64,000 nt of DNA from positions 66,524 to 130,523 of the forward strand of contig JACRKZ010000018.1 of the NCBI GenBank assembly GCA_016235455.1, read 5' to 3'. The notes under the pieces were generated by a model. The model did no database searches. It saw only the letters and a list, made by a program, of their open reading frames with translations, and had not been told where the DNA came from. The translations under genes were made by a program, and so were the position numbers. Of the stretch, positions 30,449-40,003 are shown in pieces. The first letter of the stretch is position 1. Each line of letters starts with the position of its first letter. The stretch is from Armatimonadota bacterium (GTDB lineage: Bacteria > Armatimonadota > UBA10988).

Positions 30449-32547
30449 CCGAACCCACCCGCCTCAGCACGCATCAGTCGACGCTGCGCCGCTGGTTCCC
30501 CAACCACGAGTGGGTGCTGCTCATCCTGCTGGCCGTGGAGGTGGCTCTGTTCTCGGCCACCGGGCGCAACTTCCTGACCGTCACCAACGCCTTTGAGCTG
30601 GTGCGCAGCGGCTGCGAGGTCGGCCTGCTGGCGCTGGGTATGACGCTGGTCATCATCACCGGCGGCATCGACCTGTCCGTGGGCTCGATGATGGGCATGG
30701 CGGCGATCACGCTGGGCTGGCTGAACAACGTCGCCGGGGTGCCCATCGTGCCGGCCATCGCCGTCGCCCTGGCCATGGGCGCGCTGGGCGGCTGGATGAA
30801 TGGCGCGCTCATCGCGCGGCTTGGCGTGCCGCCGCTGATCGTCACGCTGGGCACGTACTCGCTGTTCCGCGGGCTGGCCGAAGGGCTGACCAAGGGCATC
30901 ATCAACTACAGCAGCTTCTCCGACGCCTTCAAGGCGCTGGGCAACGGCTATTGGCTGGGCTGCGTGCCGCGTCAGTTGCCGCTGTTCCTGCTGGTGGCGG
31001 TCGGCGTGTGGCTGTTGCTGCACCGCAGCGTCTTTGGCCGACAGCTCTATGCGCTGGGCTGCAGCAAGGAAGGCGCGCTGCATGCCGGCGTGCCCGTCGG
31101 CCGCCGTGTGGTGACGACATACGTGCTCAGCGGCCTGCTGGCGGCGCTGGCGGCCGTGGTCTATGCCGCGCGGCTGGGCCAGGCCAAGGCGGACGCGGGC
31201 ACGGGCTTCGAGCTGATGGCCATCACCGCGGTGGTGCTGGGCGGCACGTCCATCGACGGCGGCAAGGGCACCATCCTAGGCACCATGCTGGGTCTGGCCG
31301 CCATCGTCATGTTGGAGAACGGCTTGCGCCTGGCCGGTCAGCAGGCCGAGGCGTCGCAGGTGATGATCGGCGTGCTGCTGCTGGTCGCCATTCTGGGCCA
31401 CCGTTTCGGCACGGGTGGCCGCGCGGGCGCCGTCGCAAGTACTTCACGGGATTCGTGCGAGGAGTTTGAGATGAAGAACTACCAGGTGGCCATCTTGAGC
31501 GTGGCCATGCTGCTGAGCGCGCTCATCGTGGCGGGCAGCAACAAGAAGGTGGCCGAGCAGATGAGCCTGCTGAGCGCCGCGCCGCCCGTCGCGGCGACGC
31601 AGCGGGCGGGCGCGCCACCACCGCCGCCGCCGGCCAAGAAGCTGACCATCGCCCTGATGCCCAAGAACAAGGGCGAGCCCTACTTCCTGAGCTGCAAGAA
31701 GGGCGCCGACGAAGCCGTGGCAGCGCTCGGCGGCCAGGTCGAGTTCCTGTGGGACGGCCCGGCCAACCCCGATCCCAGCAAGCAGAATGAGGTCATCGAC
31801 GCCTGGATCACCCGCGGCGTGGACGTCATCGCCGCCAGTGTGGAGAACAAGGAAGCCATCTCCACGGTGCTCAAGAAGGCCCGCGCCAAGGGCATCAAGG
31901 TCATCTGCTGGGACGCCGACGCCGTGGCCGACGCGCGTGACTTCATGGTCCAGCAGGCCACGCCCGAAGGCATCGGCACCGCGCTCATGGACGAGGCGGC
32001 GCGCGTCATGGGCAACAAGGGCACCTTCGCCATCGTCACCGCCTCACTCACCGCCGCCAACCAGAACGAGTGGATCGAGTACATCAAGAAGCGCCTGGCG
32101 GCCAAGTACCCCGACATCAAGCTGGCCACCATCGAGCCCAGCGAAGGCAAGCGCGACGTGGCCATGACGCGTACCTCGGCGCTGCTCAAGGCCAACCCCG
32201 ACGTGAAGCTGGTCATGGGCATCGCCGCGCCGGCCGTGCCGGGCGCCGCCGAGGCCGTGGTGCAGTCGGGCCGCAAGGACGTCAAGGTCATCGGCCTGTC
32301 GCTGCCCAGCCTGTGCCGCGAGTTCATCCACAAGGGTGTGGTGGATTGCATCGTGCTGTGGAACACGGTGGACCTGGGCTACCTGACGGTCCATGCCGCG
32401 CGCGCCCTGGCCCAGGGCGACATCAAGGCCGGCTCGACCACCATGGAAGCGGGCCGCCTGGGCAAGATCGAGATCGCCGGCGACCAGGTGTTGCTGGGCA
32501 AGCCGTTCGTGTTCAACAAGGACAACGTCGACCAGTTCGACTTCTAG
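30445..32547 (+). CDS. Sugar ABC permease fused to RhaS/LsrB-like substrate-binding domain
   Basis: Permease motifs GGIDLSVGS and ELMAITAVVLGG run without a stop into MPKNKGEPYF, WDADA, NQNEW, LWNTVDLGY; ATGA coupling at 30445. Confidence 0.9.
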   Translation: MTEPTRLSTHQSTLRRWFPNHEWVLLILLAVEVALFSATGRNFLTVTNAFELVRSGCEVGLLALGMTLVIITGGIDLSVGSMMGMAAITLGWLNNVAGVPIVPAIAVALAMGALGGWMNGALIARLGVPPLIVTLGTYSLFRGLAEGLTKGIINYSSFSDAFKALGNGYWLGCVPRQLPLFLLVAVGVWLLLHRSVFGRQLYALGCSKEGALHAGVPVGRRVVTTYVLSGLLAALAAVVYAARLGQAKADAGTGFELMAITAVVLGGTSIDGGKGTILGTMLGLAAIVMLENGLRLAGQQAEASQVMIGVLLLVAILGHRFGTGGRAGAVASTSRDSCEEFEMKNYQVAILSVAMLLSALIVAGSNKKVAEQMSLLSAAPPVAATQRAGAPPPPPPAKKLTIALMPKNKGEPYFLSCKKGADEAVAALGGQVEFLWDGPANPDPSKQNEVIDAWITRGVDVIAASVENKEAISTVLKKARAKGIKVICWDADAVADARDFMVQQATPEGIGTALMDEAARVMGNKGTFAIVTASLTAANQNEWIEYIKKRLAAKYPDIKLATIEPSEGKRDVAMTRTSALLKANPDVKLVMGIAAPAVPGAAEAVVQSGRKDVKVIGLSLPSLCREFIHKGVVDCIVLWNTVDLGYLTVHAARALAQGDIKAGSTTMEAGRLGKIEIAGDQVLLGKPFVFNKDNVDQFDF

Positions 32548-32593
32548 CGTCGCGGTCGGCTTCGCCTCTGACCGACCGGATGGCGACGCCGTT

Positions 32594-32641
32594 GGGAACG
32601 TCGGGCCTTCGACCCGATGCCACGCTGGAGCGTGGCGGTCC
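32594..32641. repeat. Pair of inverted REP-like palindromes
   Basis: GGGAAC-GTCGGG ccttcga CCCGAT followed by GCCACGCT gg AGCGTGGC-GGTCC. Confidence 0.45.
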
Positions 32642-32661
32642 GGTAGAGGTAGGCTAGAACC

Positions 32662-35600
32662 ATGGACTGGCGGTGGCTGGCGGCGGCGTTGATGGTACTG
32701 TCGGCCGCCAGGGCCGAGGAGGCCTGGCACGCCGATCTCCTGGCGGCCAATGCGTGGCAGCCTCAGCCCGGCTGGCAGGCCAACCCATCCGCCGCCGCCA
32801 CCGCCCAAGGCGCCGCCGATGGCCTGACGTTCCGGGTCCCCGAGCCCGGCCGGGCCATGAAGTGGGTCTACAGCGGCGCCGAACTGCTAGACCTCGAGCT
32901 GTTCCCCTACCTCGTCTTCACCTACACGGCGACCGGCGTCAGCCCGACCACCGACTACCTGCTGTGGGCTGCCGGCGACGGCGGCGGTGATGGCGTGCGG
33001 CTGCTGCGCGGCGCCGATATCGTCGCCGACGGTCGGGCGCACACGCTGGCCTTCAACCTGGCCGACCTGGGCCTGCGCGAGCCGATCACGCGGCTGGCGC
33101 TGGGCATGAGCGCCGACCCGGCGCGCGCCGCGTCCGTGCGCGTTGCTGGCCTGGCCCAACTCGAGGCACCTCCCGCGGGTGCCGAGCGCCGGCCCGCCGA
33201 CGCCGGGCCCGGCCAGAGCTGGCCATTGGCCCTGGCGCCGGTGGACGGTTGGGCGATGCAGCCCGGCTGGCTGGCCAATCCCGACGACGCCGCGCGCATC
33301 GAGGCGGCCGGCGACCGGCTGCGGCTGAGCGTGCCCACGGCAGCCCGCGGCGGCAAGTGGCGGCACCTGTTGCCCCAACCCATCACTCGCGCGCGGTTCG
33401 TGGCCCTGCGTTACCGCGCCTCGGGCATCGCGGCCGGTGGTGACTATGCCCTGCACGTCTCGTCCAGCGGCTCCGGCAAGGCGCTGGACGAGCAGGATGC
33501 AATAACGCGCGGCGCGCTGGTGTGTGATGGCGGATGGCATACAGCCATCGCACCCGTGACCGTGGCCGACATCCGCATGGTGGCCCTGCAAGTACAGGCC
33601 GCGCAGCCTGGCGCGTGGCTGGAAGTGGCCAGCATCGCCTTCAGCGAGCGCCGGCCCAAGCCCACCGGCGTTGAGGGCATCGAGCCGTCCGACGGCTGGG
33701 AAGCGGCGACGGTCAAGGCGACCTCGCTGCCCATCTCGCCCATGGCCGGCACGCCGACCAAGCGGCAGACGGCCTGCGGCGTGCCGTTCACCGTGGCCCT
33801 CAACCCGCCCGGGACGGGCGTGCGCGCGTTGGGCGACATCGATCAGCCCGTGTCGGGCAGCGGGCGAACGCTGTATCTGTTGATGAACACGCACCTGGCC
33901 GAGAGCGAGGAGCCGTCGCTGCGCTCCGCGGGCAGTGGCGTAGTGCGCCAGGTGGAGCGCTTCGTGGCGCGCATCGAGTATGCCGACGGCCTGGCCGACG
34001 AGCAGATGCCGTGGTCGGTCACCGCGCAGCGCTACCAGGTTGGCCAGGGCCTGTCGGTCGGCGCGCTCGACCTGGACCCGGCACGGCAACTCAAGCGCCT
34101 GGTGCTGCGCGACCGCTACCCGCGCGGCTCGTTCGCCTTGCTCGGCGCCTCGCTCTCGGCCCAGGCCGTGCCCGGCCAACCAGCGCCGGTGCCGCCGGTG
34201 CTGGTGCCCGCGGTCAAGCCGGCCGCGGCGCCGCGGCCGTCATTTCGTCGTACCGGCACGCGCGTCGTCATCGGCTCGGGCAGCCTGGAGCTGACTCTGG
34301 AGACCGTGCCCGGCCTGACCGTGGTCGGCGGCCGGCTGCCGCTGACGCCCAAGGTGCCGCTGCAACTGGCGCCCGGGCCGCTCTTCCGCATCGCCGTCGG
34401 TGCCGCGGAGCCGGTCGGGTCTGAGGGGTTCGTCACCCGGCGCATCGAGCAGCCGCGCGACAGCCTGCGGCTGGAACTGGTGCATGAGCGCACCGTGGTG
34501 CGGCTGGTCTTCGACATGCGCACGCCCGACGCGGTCGGCGTGAGCGCCGAGGTCGACGCGCCCGAGCCGGCGCGGTTGGTGCTGCCCGAACTGAGCGGGA
34601 TCGGCTTCGGCGGCGAGACCTGGTACTGGATGCCGCGGCGCGGCGCGGTGGTGAACCATTCGCCGATCAGCCTGGAGGAGGCTTATTCGGGCGCGATGCC
34701 GATGCAGATCATCGGCGCCTTCGACCCCGCCGCGGCGGCCGGCCTGTTCGTGCAGACCGACGACCGGTCCGGCGCCAAGCGCCGCTACCAGGTGGCCAAG
34801 GACGGTGCTGGCGTGCGCCTGGGCGTGGCCTGGGAAGGCGTGCGCGGCTCTGTGCCGCGTACGCTCATCGGTGGCCACTCGGGCGACTGGCATGTGCCAT
34901 TCGCGCGGTACCGAGCCTGGGCTGAGCGCTGGAACAAGCCGGCTGCACCGCGCAAGGCGTGGTTCAGGCAGGTCTTCTCGTTCCGCCAGCAGTTCATGCA
35001 CTTTGCCCTGCCTGAGCCCAGCGGCATGTTCGACGCCGCCACCAAGCAACTCCACCTGGCCGAGGTGCTGGCCGCGGATGCCAAGGCATTCGGCGGCTGC
35101 GACTACCTGCACCTGTTCGACTGGGGCTGGGATCCCAAGCGTGGCCGCTGTGGCGACTATCTACCGTGGGACCTGCTGGGCGGCGCCGCGCCGTTCGCCC
35201 AGCAGGTCAAGGCAGTGCAGGACGCCGGCACGCCCGTCGGGCTGTACATCGAAGGCATCCTGGTCGACCCGGAGTCACAACTCGGTGCGCAGCACGGCAA
35301 GGAGTGGCAGTTGCTCGGCCCCGAGGGCAAGCCGTACGGGTTCTTCGCGCCAAGCTTCAACATGTGCCCGCACGTTCCCGCCTGGCAGGACACGCTGGCC
35401 GCCACCTACGGTCGTGTGGCCAAGGAGACCGGTGCCCGCGGCTTCTACGTGGATGAGTATGGCTTCGCCGGCGCCGACCACGCCTGCTACAGCCCAGCGC
35501 ACAACCACCCCGCCGGCGCCTGGCCGACGCTCGGCGAGCAGGCCATGCTGACCAAGATCCGCGCCGCAGTTGGCCCCGACGCCGCGCTCTACACCGAGGA

Positions 35601-36195
35601 GAGCCCGGTCGACATCAACAACGCCCTGCAGGACGGCAGCTTCACCTACGCCATCAGCTCGGTCAACGACGAATGGTCGCCTACGCACCTCAACCTATAC
35701 CGCTTTGCCTTCCCGACCTTCAAGACGTTCGAGATCATTGTCTGCGACCAGCCCCTGGGCAGCAATCTGGAGGCCGTGCGCCGCATCGCCTTCAACGGTG
35801 AAGGCATCTGGCTGGAAGGCATCGCGAGCCGCTGGTTCTCGCCCGAGACGCGCGCCGAGATCGCCCGCTACCACGCCGTACTGCGGCGCGAGGCCGCCTG
35901 CTTCGCCGGCGACTGGCCGACACCGCTGGTGCCGACACTCTCGGGCGAGGTCTACGCCAACCGCTTCGACGACCGGGCCGGCGGCGGCGGGGTGAGTTGC
36001 TGGACGGTCTACAACACCGCCTACCGCACCGCACGCGGGACGCTGCTGGCCGTTGAGCACCGCGCGGGCGTCGTCTATCGTGACGAGCTGACCGGCCAGG
36101 AGATCAAACCCACGGTGCGCGGCGCCCAGGACCTGCTGAGCCTGGAACTCGGCCCGCGCGCGGTGACCATCGTCTCGCGCAAGCCGCGCGGCTAG
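32662..36195 (+). CDS. Large secreted putative glycoside hydrolase (DUF6259-like TIM barrel) with two N-terminal repeated modules
   Basis: Signal peptide; YLHLFDWGW, GLYIEG, GFYVDEYG, LYTEE; duplicated QPGW.ANP module. The family label is tentative. Confidence 0.6.
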   Translation: MDWRWLAAALMVLSAARAEEAWHADLLAANAWQPQPGWQANPSAAATAQGAADGLTFRVPEPGRAMKWVYSGAELLDLELFPYLVFTYTATGVSPTTDYLLWAAGDGGGDGVRLLRGADIVADGRAHTLAFNLADLGLREPITRLALGMSADPARAASVRVAGLAQLEAPPAGAERRPADAGPGQSWPLALAPVDGWAMQPGWLANPDDAARIEAAGDRLRLSVPTAARGGKWRHLLPQPITRARFVALRYRASGIAAGGDYALHVSSSGSGKALDEQDAITRGALVCDGGWHTAIAPVTVADIRMVALQVQAAQPGAWLEVASIAFSERRPKPTGVEGIEPSDGWEAATVKATSLPISPMAGTPTKRQTACGVPFTVALNPPGTGVRALGDIDQPVSGSGRTLYLLMNTHLAESEEPSLRSAGSGVVRQVERFVARIEYADGLADEQMPWSVTAQRYQVGQGLSVGALDLDPARQLKRLVLRDRYPRGSFALLGASLSAQAVPGQPAPVPPVLVPAVKPAAAPRPSFRRTGTRVVIGSGSLELTLETVPGLTVVGGRLPLTPKVPLQLAPGPLFRIAVGAAEPVGSEGFVTRRIEQPRDSLRLELVHERTVVRLVFDMRTPDAVGVSAEVDAPEPARLVLPELSGIGFGGETWYWMPRRGAVVNHSPISLEEAYSGAMPMQIIGAFDPAAAAGLFVQTDDRSGAKRRYQVAKDGAGVRLGVAWEGVRGSVPRTLIGGHSGDWHVPFARYRAWAERWNKPAAPRKAWFRQVFSFRQQFMHFALPEPSGMFDAATKQLHLAEVLAADAKAFGGCDYLHLFDWGWDPKRGRCGDYLPWDLLGGAAPFAQQVKAVQDAGTPVGLYIEGILVDPESQLGAQHGKEWQLLGPEGKPYGFFAPSFNMCPHVPAWQDTLAATYGRVAKETGARGFYVDEYGFAGADHACYSPAHNHPAGAWPTLGEQAMLTKIRAAVGPDAALYTEESPVDINNALQDGSFTYAISSVNDEWSPTHLNLYRFAFPTFKTFEIIVCDQPLGSNLEAVRRIAFNGEGIWLEGIASRWFSPETRAEIARYHAVLRREAACFAGDWPTPLVPTLSGEVYANRFDDRAGGGGVSCWTVYNTAYRTARGTLLAVEHRAGVVYRDELTGQEIKPTVRGAQDLLSLELGPRAVTIVSRKPRG

Positions 36196-36236
36196 CGATC
36201 GCCCGGCCGACTCACGCTCGCCACAGCGCCATCGGC

Positions 36237-36266
36237 TTGACGCCACGACCCACCGTGTGATATGAC
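36237..36266 (+). promoter_or_regulatory. Possible sigma70 promoter
   Basis: TTGACG 36237-36242, 18-nt spacer, TGn-TATGAC (weak -10). Confidence 0.3.
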
Positions 36267-36306
36267 CATTCTAGAAGGCTCGGCGACGAGACCGACGGAG
36301 TGGAAG

Positions 36307-39300
36307 ATGCGGCGATGGTTGGTGCTGCTGGGCGTGGTGGCATGTGGTGGCGTGTGGGGCCAGATGGTCACCGGCTCGGGCATGCCGGGCTACGGTGAGG
36401 CTCTGGGCCTGACGCGCGAGCAGATCGCGCGCGACGTCACGGCGCAGTTCATTCGGGCCAGTGCACCGGGCAACGTGCTGTGGCCGGGCGACCGCTATGC
36501 GGTGACCTTCCAGGTGGTCAACGCCGGGCGCGAGCCGGTGGCCGCCAAGGGCAGCCTGCAGTGCATTCCCTATGGCACCAAGGGCCAGTCGGGCGACATC
36601 TGGGTGCCGCGCGTCATTGGCCTGGGCGTGGCCACCAAGGTGCCTTGCGCCGTCGACCTGGCGCCCGGCGCGTTCGTCAATCTGACGCTGGCCGTGCCGG
36701 TACCCGAGCGGCTGGGCGCCTACGCCATGGTGCTCGACCTGCCGGGCCACGGGCGCCGCTTCGTCACCTCGTGCGTGCGCACCTTCCGCGCCGAGACCGC
36801 GCCGGTGGAGTTCCCGCAACTGTGTCTCGACGTGTCCGACACCGATGTCCTAACCCGCCTGGGCGCCTACCCCAACCGCGTCGGTATCGGCTACAAGCCA
36901 ACGACCGACAAGGACTTCGACGAGTGGTGGCAGCGCTCGGTGGTCAAGCCGCTCGAGGGCTATCGCCAGGCCAAGCTGCCGGTCACCGTGGAGATCGGCG
37001 GGGGCGCCTTCAATGCGCCCGAGCAGCCCATGGGCCGGCCGCGTCCGTGGCTCGACGACAAGGGCGTCATGCTGGACACCAAGTTCGACCTGGCCTGGCT
37101 GCCGAGCTACGACAACGACTTCCGCGCCTTCGTCGACAAGCTGGTCAGCGCGTATGGCTGGCCACGCGGGCCGATGAACGGCATCAAGCTGTGGAATGAG
37201 CCGTGGGAAGGCATCTCCATCTCCGGCTGGGGCGCCGACCTGCCGCGCTACCGTGAGATCTTCGGCGCGCTCTGCGAGGCCACCGACGCCGCGCGCAAGC
37301 GCGAGAAGCTCAACGTGCTCATCGGCGGTTGCGACAGCTCGTCGAACACGTTCGACAAGCTGTTTGGCGACGGCAGCGACGACTTCCTCAAGTACCTGGA
37401 CTTCGTCAGCATCCATTACCAGGGCATGTTCCCGCCGTCGACCGTCAAGGCCTGGGCCGACCGCAAGGGCCCCAACGGGCGCGTGAAGGTGTGGGACACC
37501 GAGAGCTGGGTGGCCAACGTCGACGACCGCGTGGCGGCGGTGATCGCCACCAACCTGTCCACCGGCCATGACCGCGCCGTGGGCATCTACGGCGGCAACA
37601 TCGCCACCGAGTGGCACTCCACCGGCGCGGAGATCCTGGCCGAGGGCGGCAAGCGGCAGCGCATCGATGTCGTCCACGCCTGGTCCGTCGCGGCGTCGGT
37701 GGGCGCGGCCAACCATTTCATCGGCGAGCGGCGGTTCAAGGGCCTGTTGTTCAAGAACGGGCTGCCTTGGGTCATGGCCTTCCACGGCTTGCCCAAGGGC
37801 GGCGCCGCCAATCCGGAGGACGGCACGGTTGTCGTGGTTGGGGACATTGGCGAGGAGTTCGGCAGCGACAGCGTCATGTTCCGCACGGCGCGCGGGCTGG
37901 CCGAGCTGAAGCACAAGGCCGAGCTACGGACCAGACTGGCCGAACTGCCGGCCGACGCGGCCAAGGAGCGCGCCGAACTTGAGACCGCGCTGGCCAAGGA
38001 CGAGCCGCTGACCGGCGGCAGCCTGAGCATCGCCGACGGCGGCGGCCGGTTCCGCCTGTACGACTTCTACGGCAACCCCGTGCCGGCGACGAACGGCCGC
38101 ATCACCGTGCCGCTCGACCATCGCGGCTTCTACCTGCGCGCCGACGGCAAGCCGGGCTCGTTCGAGGCCCTGCTGACGGCCATCAAGCTCGGCCGCACCG
38201 ACGGCATCGAGGCGCTGGCCACGGTCTGCCACGACCTGACCGAGCCCATCGTCAGCCGGCCGACACTCCGCCTGGAGCTGACCAATGTGCTGAACCGGCC
38301 ACTGCGCGGCAAGCTGGAGCTGACCGTCGCGGGCTTGGCCCTGGATTACCCGGCGCAGCTGGCTTTCGGCCGGCACGAGACGCTGTACGTGCCGGTCAAA
38401 GTCACCGGCGGCAGCGCCAACGCGGCCAACAGCTACCCGCTGAGCCTGCGCTTCCGCGCGGACGACGGCGCGGTCGCCGAGCATGACGAGGTGCTCCACG
38501 TCAACCACGTGTCGCGCGCGGTGATCGCGGTCGATGGCCAGCTCGACGACTGGGACCAGGCCTTGCCGCAGACCATCGCGCCGGACAACAACCGGCAGCC
38601 AACCTTGACCGAGGCTGCGTGGTTCCCGTTCCGCAACTTCGACACCAGCCTCAAAGGCGGCTTCGCCACCGGTTGGCTGGCCTACGACGACCACAACCTG
38701 TATTTCGCGGCGAAGGTGGCCGACAGCACGCCTGACGAGGGCATGCCGCGGTTCGAGACGCTGAACCCCGACGAGTACTTCTACCCCGAGGTCAGCTACT
38801 CCAAGGAGGCGGCCGGCGGCGAGGCCAGCGACTTCTCGGCACGCTGGACGGGCAAAGTACGCACCAAGGGCGCCGGCGACTATACGTTCACCACGCGCAG
38901 CGACGACGGCGTGCGGCTGTGGGTTGACGGCAAGCTGCTGGTCGACAACTGGACCGGGCATGGCCCGACCGACGACAAGGACACGCTCAAGCTGGCGGCC
39001 GACACCAGCTACGACCTCAAACTGGAGTACTTCCAGGGCGGCGGTGGCTGCACACTCAGCCTGTCGTGGGAGGGACCGGGCCTCGACAAGCAGATCATCC
39101 CCACCGAGCAGCTGCGCACCGCGACCGATATGCCGGGGCTGGATGTCGAGTTCTTCCGCGGCAACGACCTGAAGAACAGCGCCAGTCGCCGCGTGGATGC
39201 GGTGGTCGACTACCCGACCTTCTCGGGCAATCCCAACGCGCCGGACTTCGGCAAGCCGCGGATGGCGCTGAAGGAGTACCGCTGGCCGGCCGGCGTGCGG

Positions 39301-39852
39301 CGCTATTCGTATCGCAAGGATCCTGAGCTGCCCGCGGGCAACGCGCCGAACCACGACAACATCCAACTGGGGTTCAATGTGCTGCCGTCCGAGAGCAAGC
39401 CATGGTACTCGCATCCGGCAGGCACCATGCCCGGCTACATCGGCTACTACGACACCGACTACGAGTATGCGCTGAACCCCGTGGCCGAGCGCTATGGCGG
39501 CGGCACGGAGATCTGGCGGCTGCGCTACCCCGGCATGCCGGCCAAGCACTTCTACCCGCGCCAGGGCGCCTCACCGCTGGACGGCCCCGCCAAGGGCGGC
39601 AAACTGGTCATCCGTCGCGACGGCAACACGCGGCTGGTCGAGTGCAGCCTGCCCTGGACCGAGATCCCCGCGGTCAAGGCGGCGGTCGATGGCGGCCAGT
39701 TCGTCAAGTTCAGCTTCCGCGTGAACGACAACGCCGGTGGTGGCTGCATGGAGTTGGCGCGCCGCCGCAGCGTGGCCAAGCGCAATGGCTCGTTCCATGT
39801 TGACTGGGCCGAACACTGGGCCAACGAGGTCGAGTTCGGGTTCGGCAAATGA
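36307..39852 (+). CDS. Secreted clan GH-A (GH39-like) hydrolase with CBM9-like domain and inserted PA14 domain
   Basis: Signal peptide; KLWNEPW, DFVSIHY, VWDTESW; VDGQLDDW and AYDDHNLYFAAKVAD; FSARWTG..SDDGVRLWVDG. Confidence 0.75.
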   Translation: MRRWLVLLGVVACGGVWGQMVTGSGMPGYGEALGLTREQIARDVTAQFIRASAPGNVLWPGDRYAVTFQVVNAGREPVAAKGSLQCIPYGTKGQSGDIWVPRVIGLGVATKVPCAVDLAPGAFVNLTLAVPVPERLGAYAMVLDLPGHGRRFVTSCVRTFRAETAPVEFPQLCLDVSDTDVLTRLGAYPNRVGIGYKPTTDKDFDEWWQRSVVKPLEGYRQAKLPVTVEIGGGAFNAPEQPMGRPRPWLDDKGVMLDTKFDLAWLPSYDNDFRAFVDKLVSAYGWPRGPMNGIKLWNEPWEGISISGWGADLPRYREIFGALCEATDAARKREKLNVLIGGCDSSSNTFDKLFGDGSDDFLKYLDFVSIHYQGMFPPSTVKAWADRKGPNGRVKVWDTESWVANVDDRVAAVIATNLSTGHDRAVGIYGGNIATEWHSTGAEILAEGGKRQRIDVVHAWSVAASVGAANHFIGERRFKGLLFKNGLPWVMAFHGLPKGGAANPEDGTVVVVGDIGEEFGSDSVMFRTARGLAELKHKAELRTRLAELPADAAKERAELETALAKDEPLTGGSLSIADGGGRFRLYDFYGNPVPATNGRITVPLDHRGFYLRADGKPGSFEALLTAIKLGRTDGIEALATVCHDLTEPIVSRPTLRLELTNVLNRPLRGKLELTVAGLALDYPAQLAFGRHETLYVPVKVTGGSANAANSYPLSLRFRADDGAVAEHDEVLHVNHVSRAVIAVDGQLDDWDQALPQTIAPDNNRQPTLTEAAWFPFRNFDTSLKGGFATGWLAYDDHNLYFAAKVADSTPDEGMPRFETLNPDEYFYPEVSYSKEAAGGEASDFSARWTGKVRTKGAGDYTFTTRSDDGVRLWVDGKLLVDNWTGHGPTDDKDTLKLAADTSYDLKLEYFQGGGGCTLSLSWEGPGLDKQIIPTEQLRTATDMPGLDVEFFRGNDLKNSASRRVDAVVDYPTFSGNPNAPDFGKPRMALKEYRWPAGVRRYSYRKDPELPAGNAPNHDNIQLGFNVLPSESKPWYSHPAGTMPGYIGYYDTDYEYALNPVAERYGGGTEIWRLRYPGMPAKHFYPRQGASPLDGPAKGGKLVIRRDGNTRLVECSLPWTEIPAVKAAVDGGQFVKFSFRVNDNAGGGCMELARRRSVAKRNGSFHVDWAEHWANEVEFGFGK

Positions 39853-39867
39853 GGCGCGCTGCGAGCC

Positions 39868-39974
39868 CAGCCCCCCCTGTAGTCCCCCCGCGAGCGGGGG
39901 GACGTGCTTGGCGCCCGTCGCTGCGGCACAAGGCACTCCCTCCCCGCTCGCGGGGAGGGTCGGGGTGGGGGCTG
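39868..39974. repeat. Bipartite C/G-rich palindromic repeat element
   Basis: GTCCCCCCGC ga GCGGGGGGAC (39882-39903) and CCCTCCCCGC tc GCGGGGAGGG (39938-39959), inside outer CAGCCCCC/GGGGGCTG. Confidence 0.75.
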
Positions 39975-40003
39975 CTGGCCGACGGGCCACAGGCAGGTCT
40001 GAC

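Noticed and set aside
27969-32547. Calling the ABC operon lsrACDB
   Set aside because: No lsrK, lsrR, lsrF or lsrG nearby and the binding-site residues are not the canonical enteric LsrB set.
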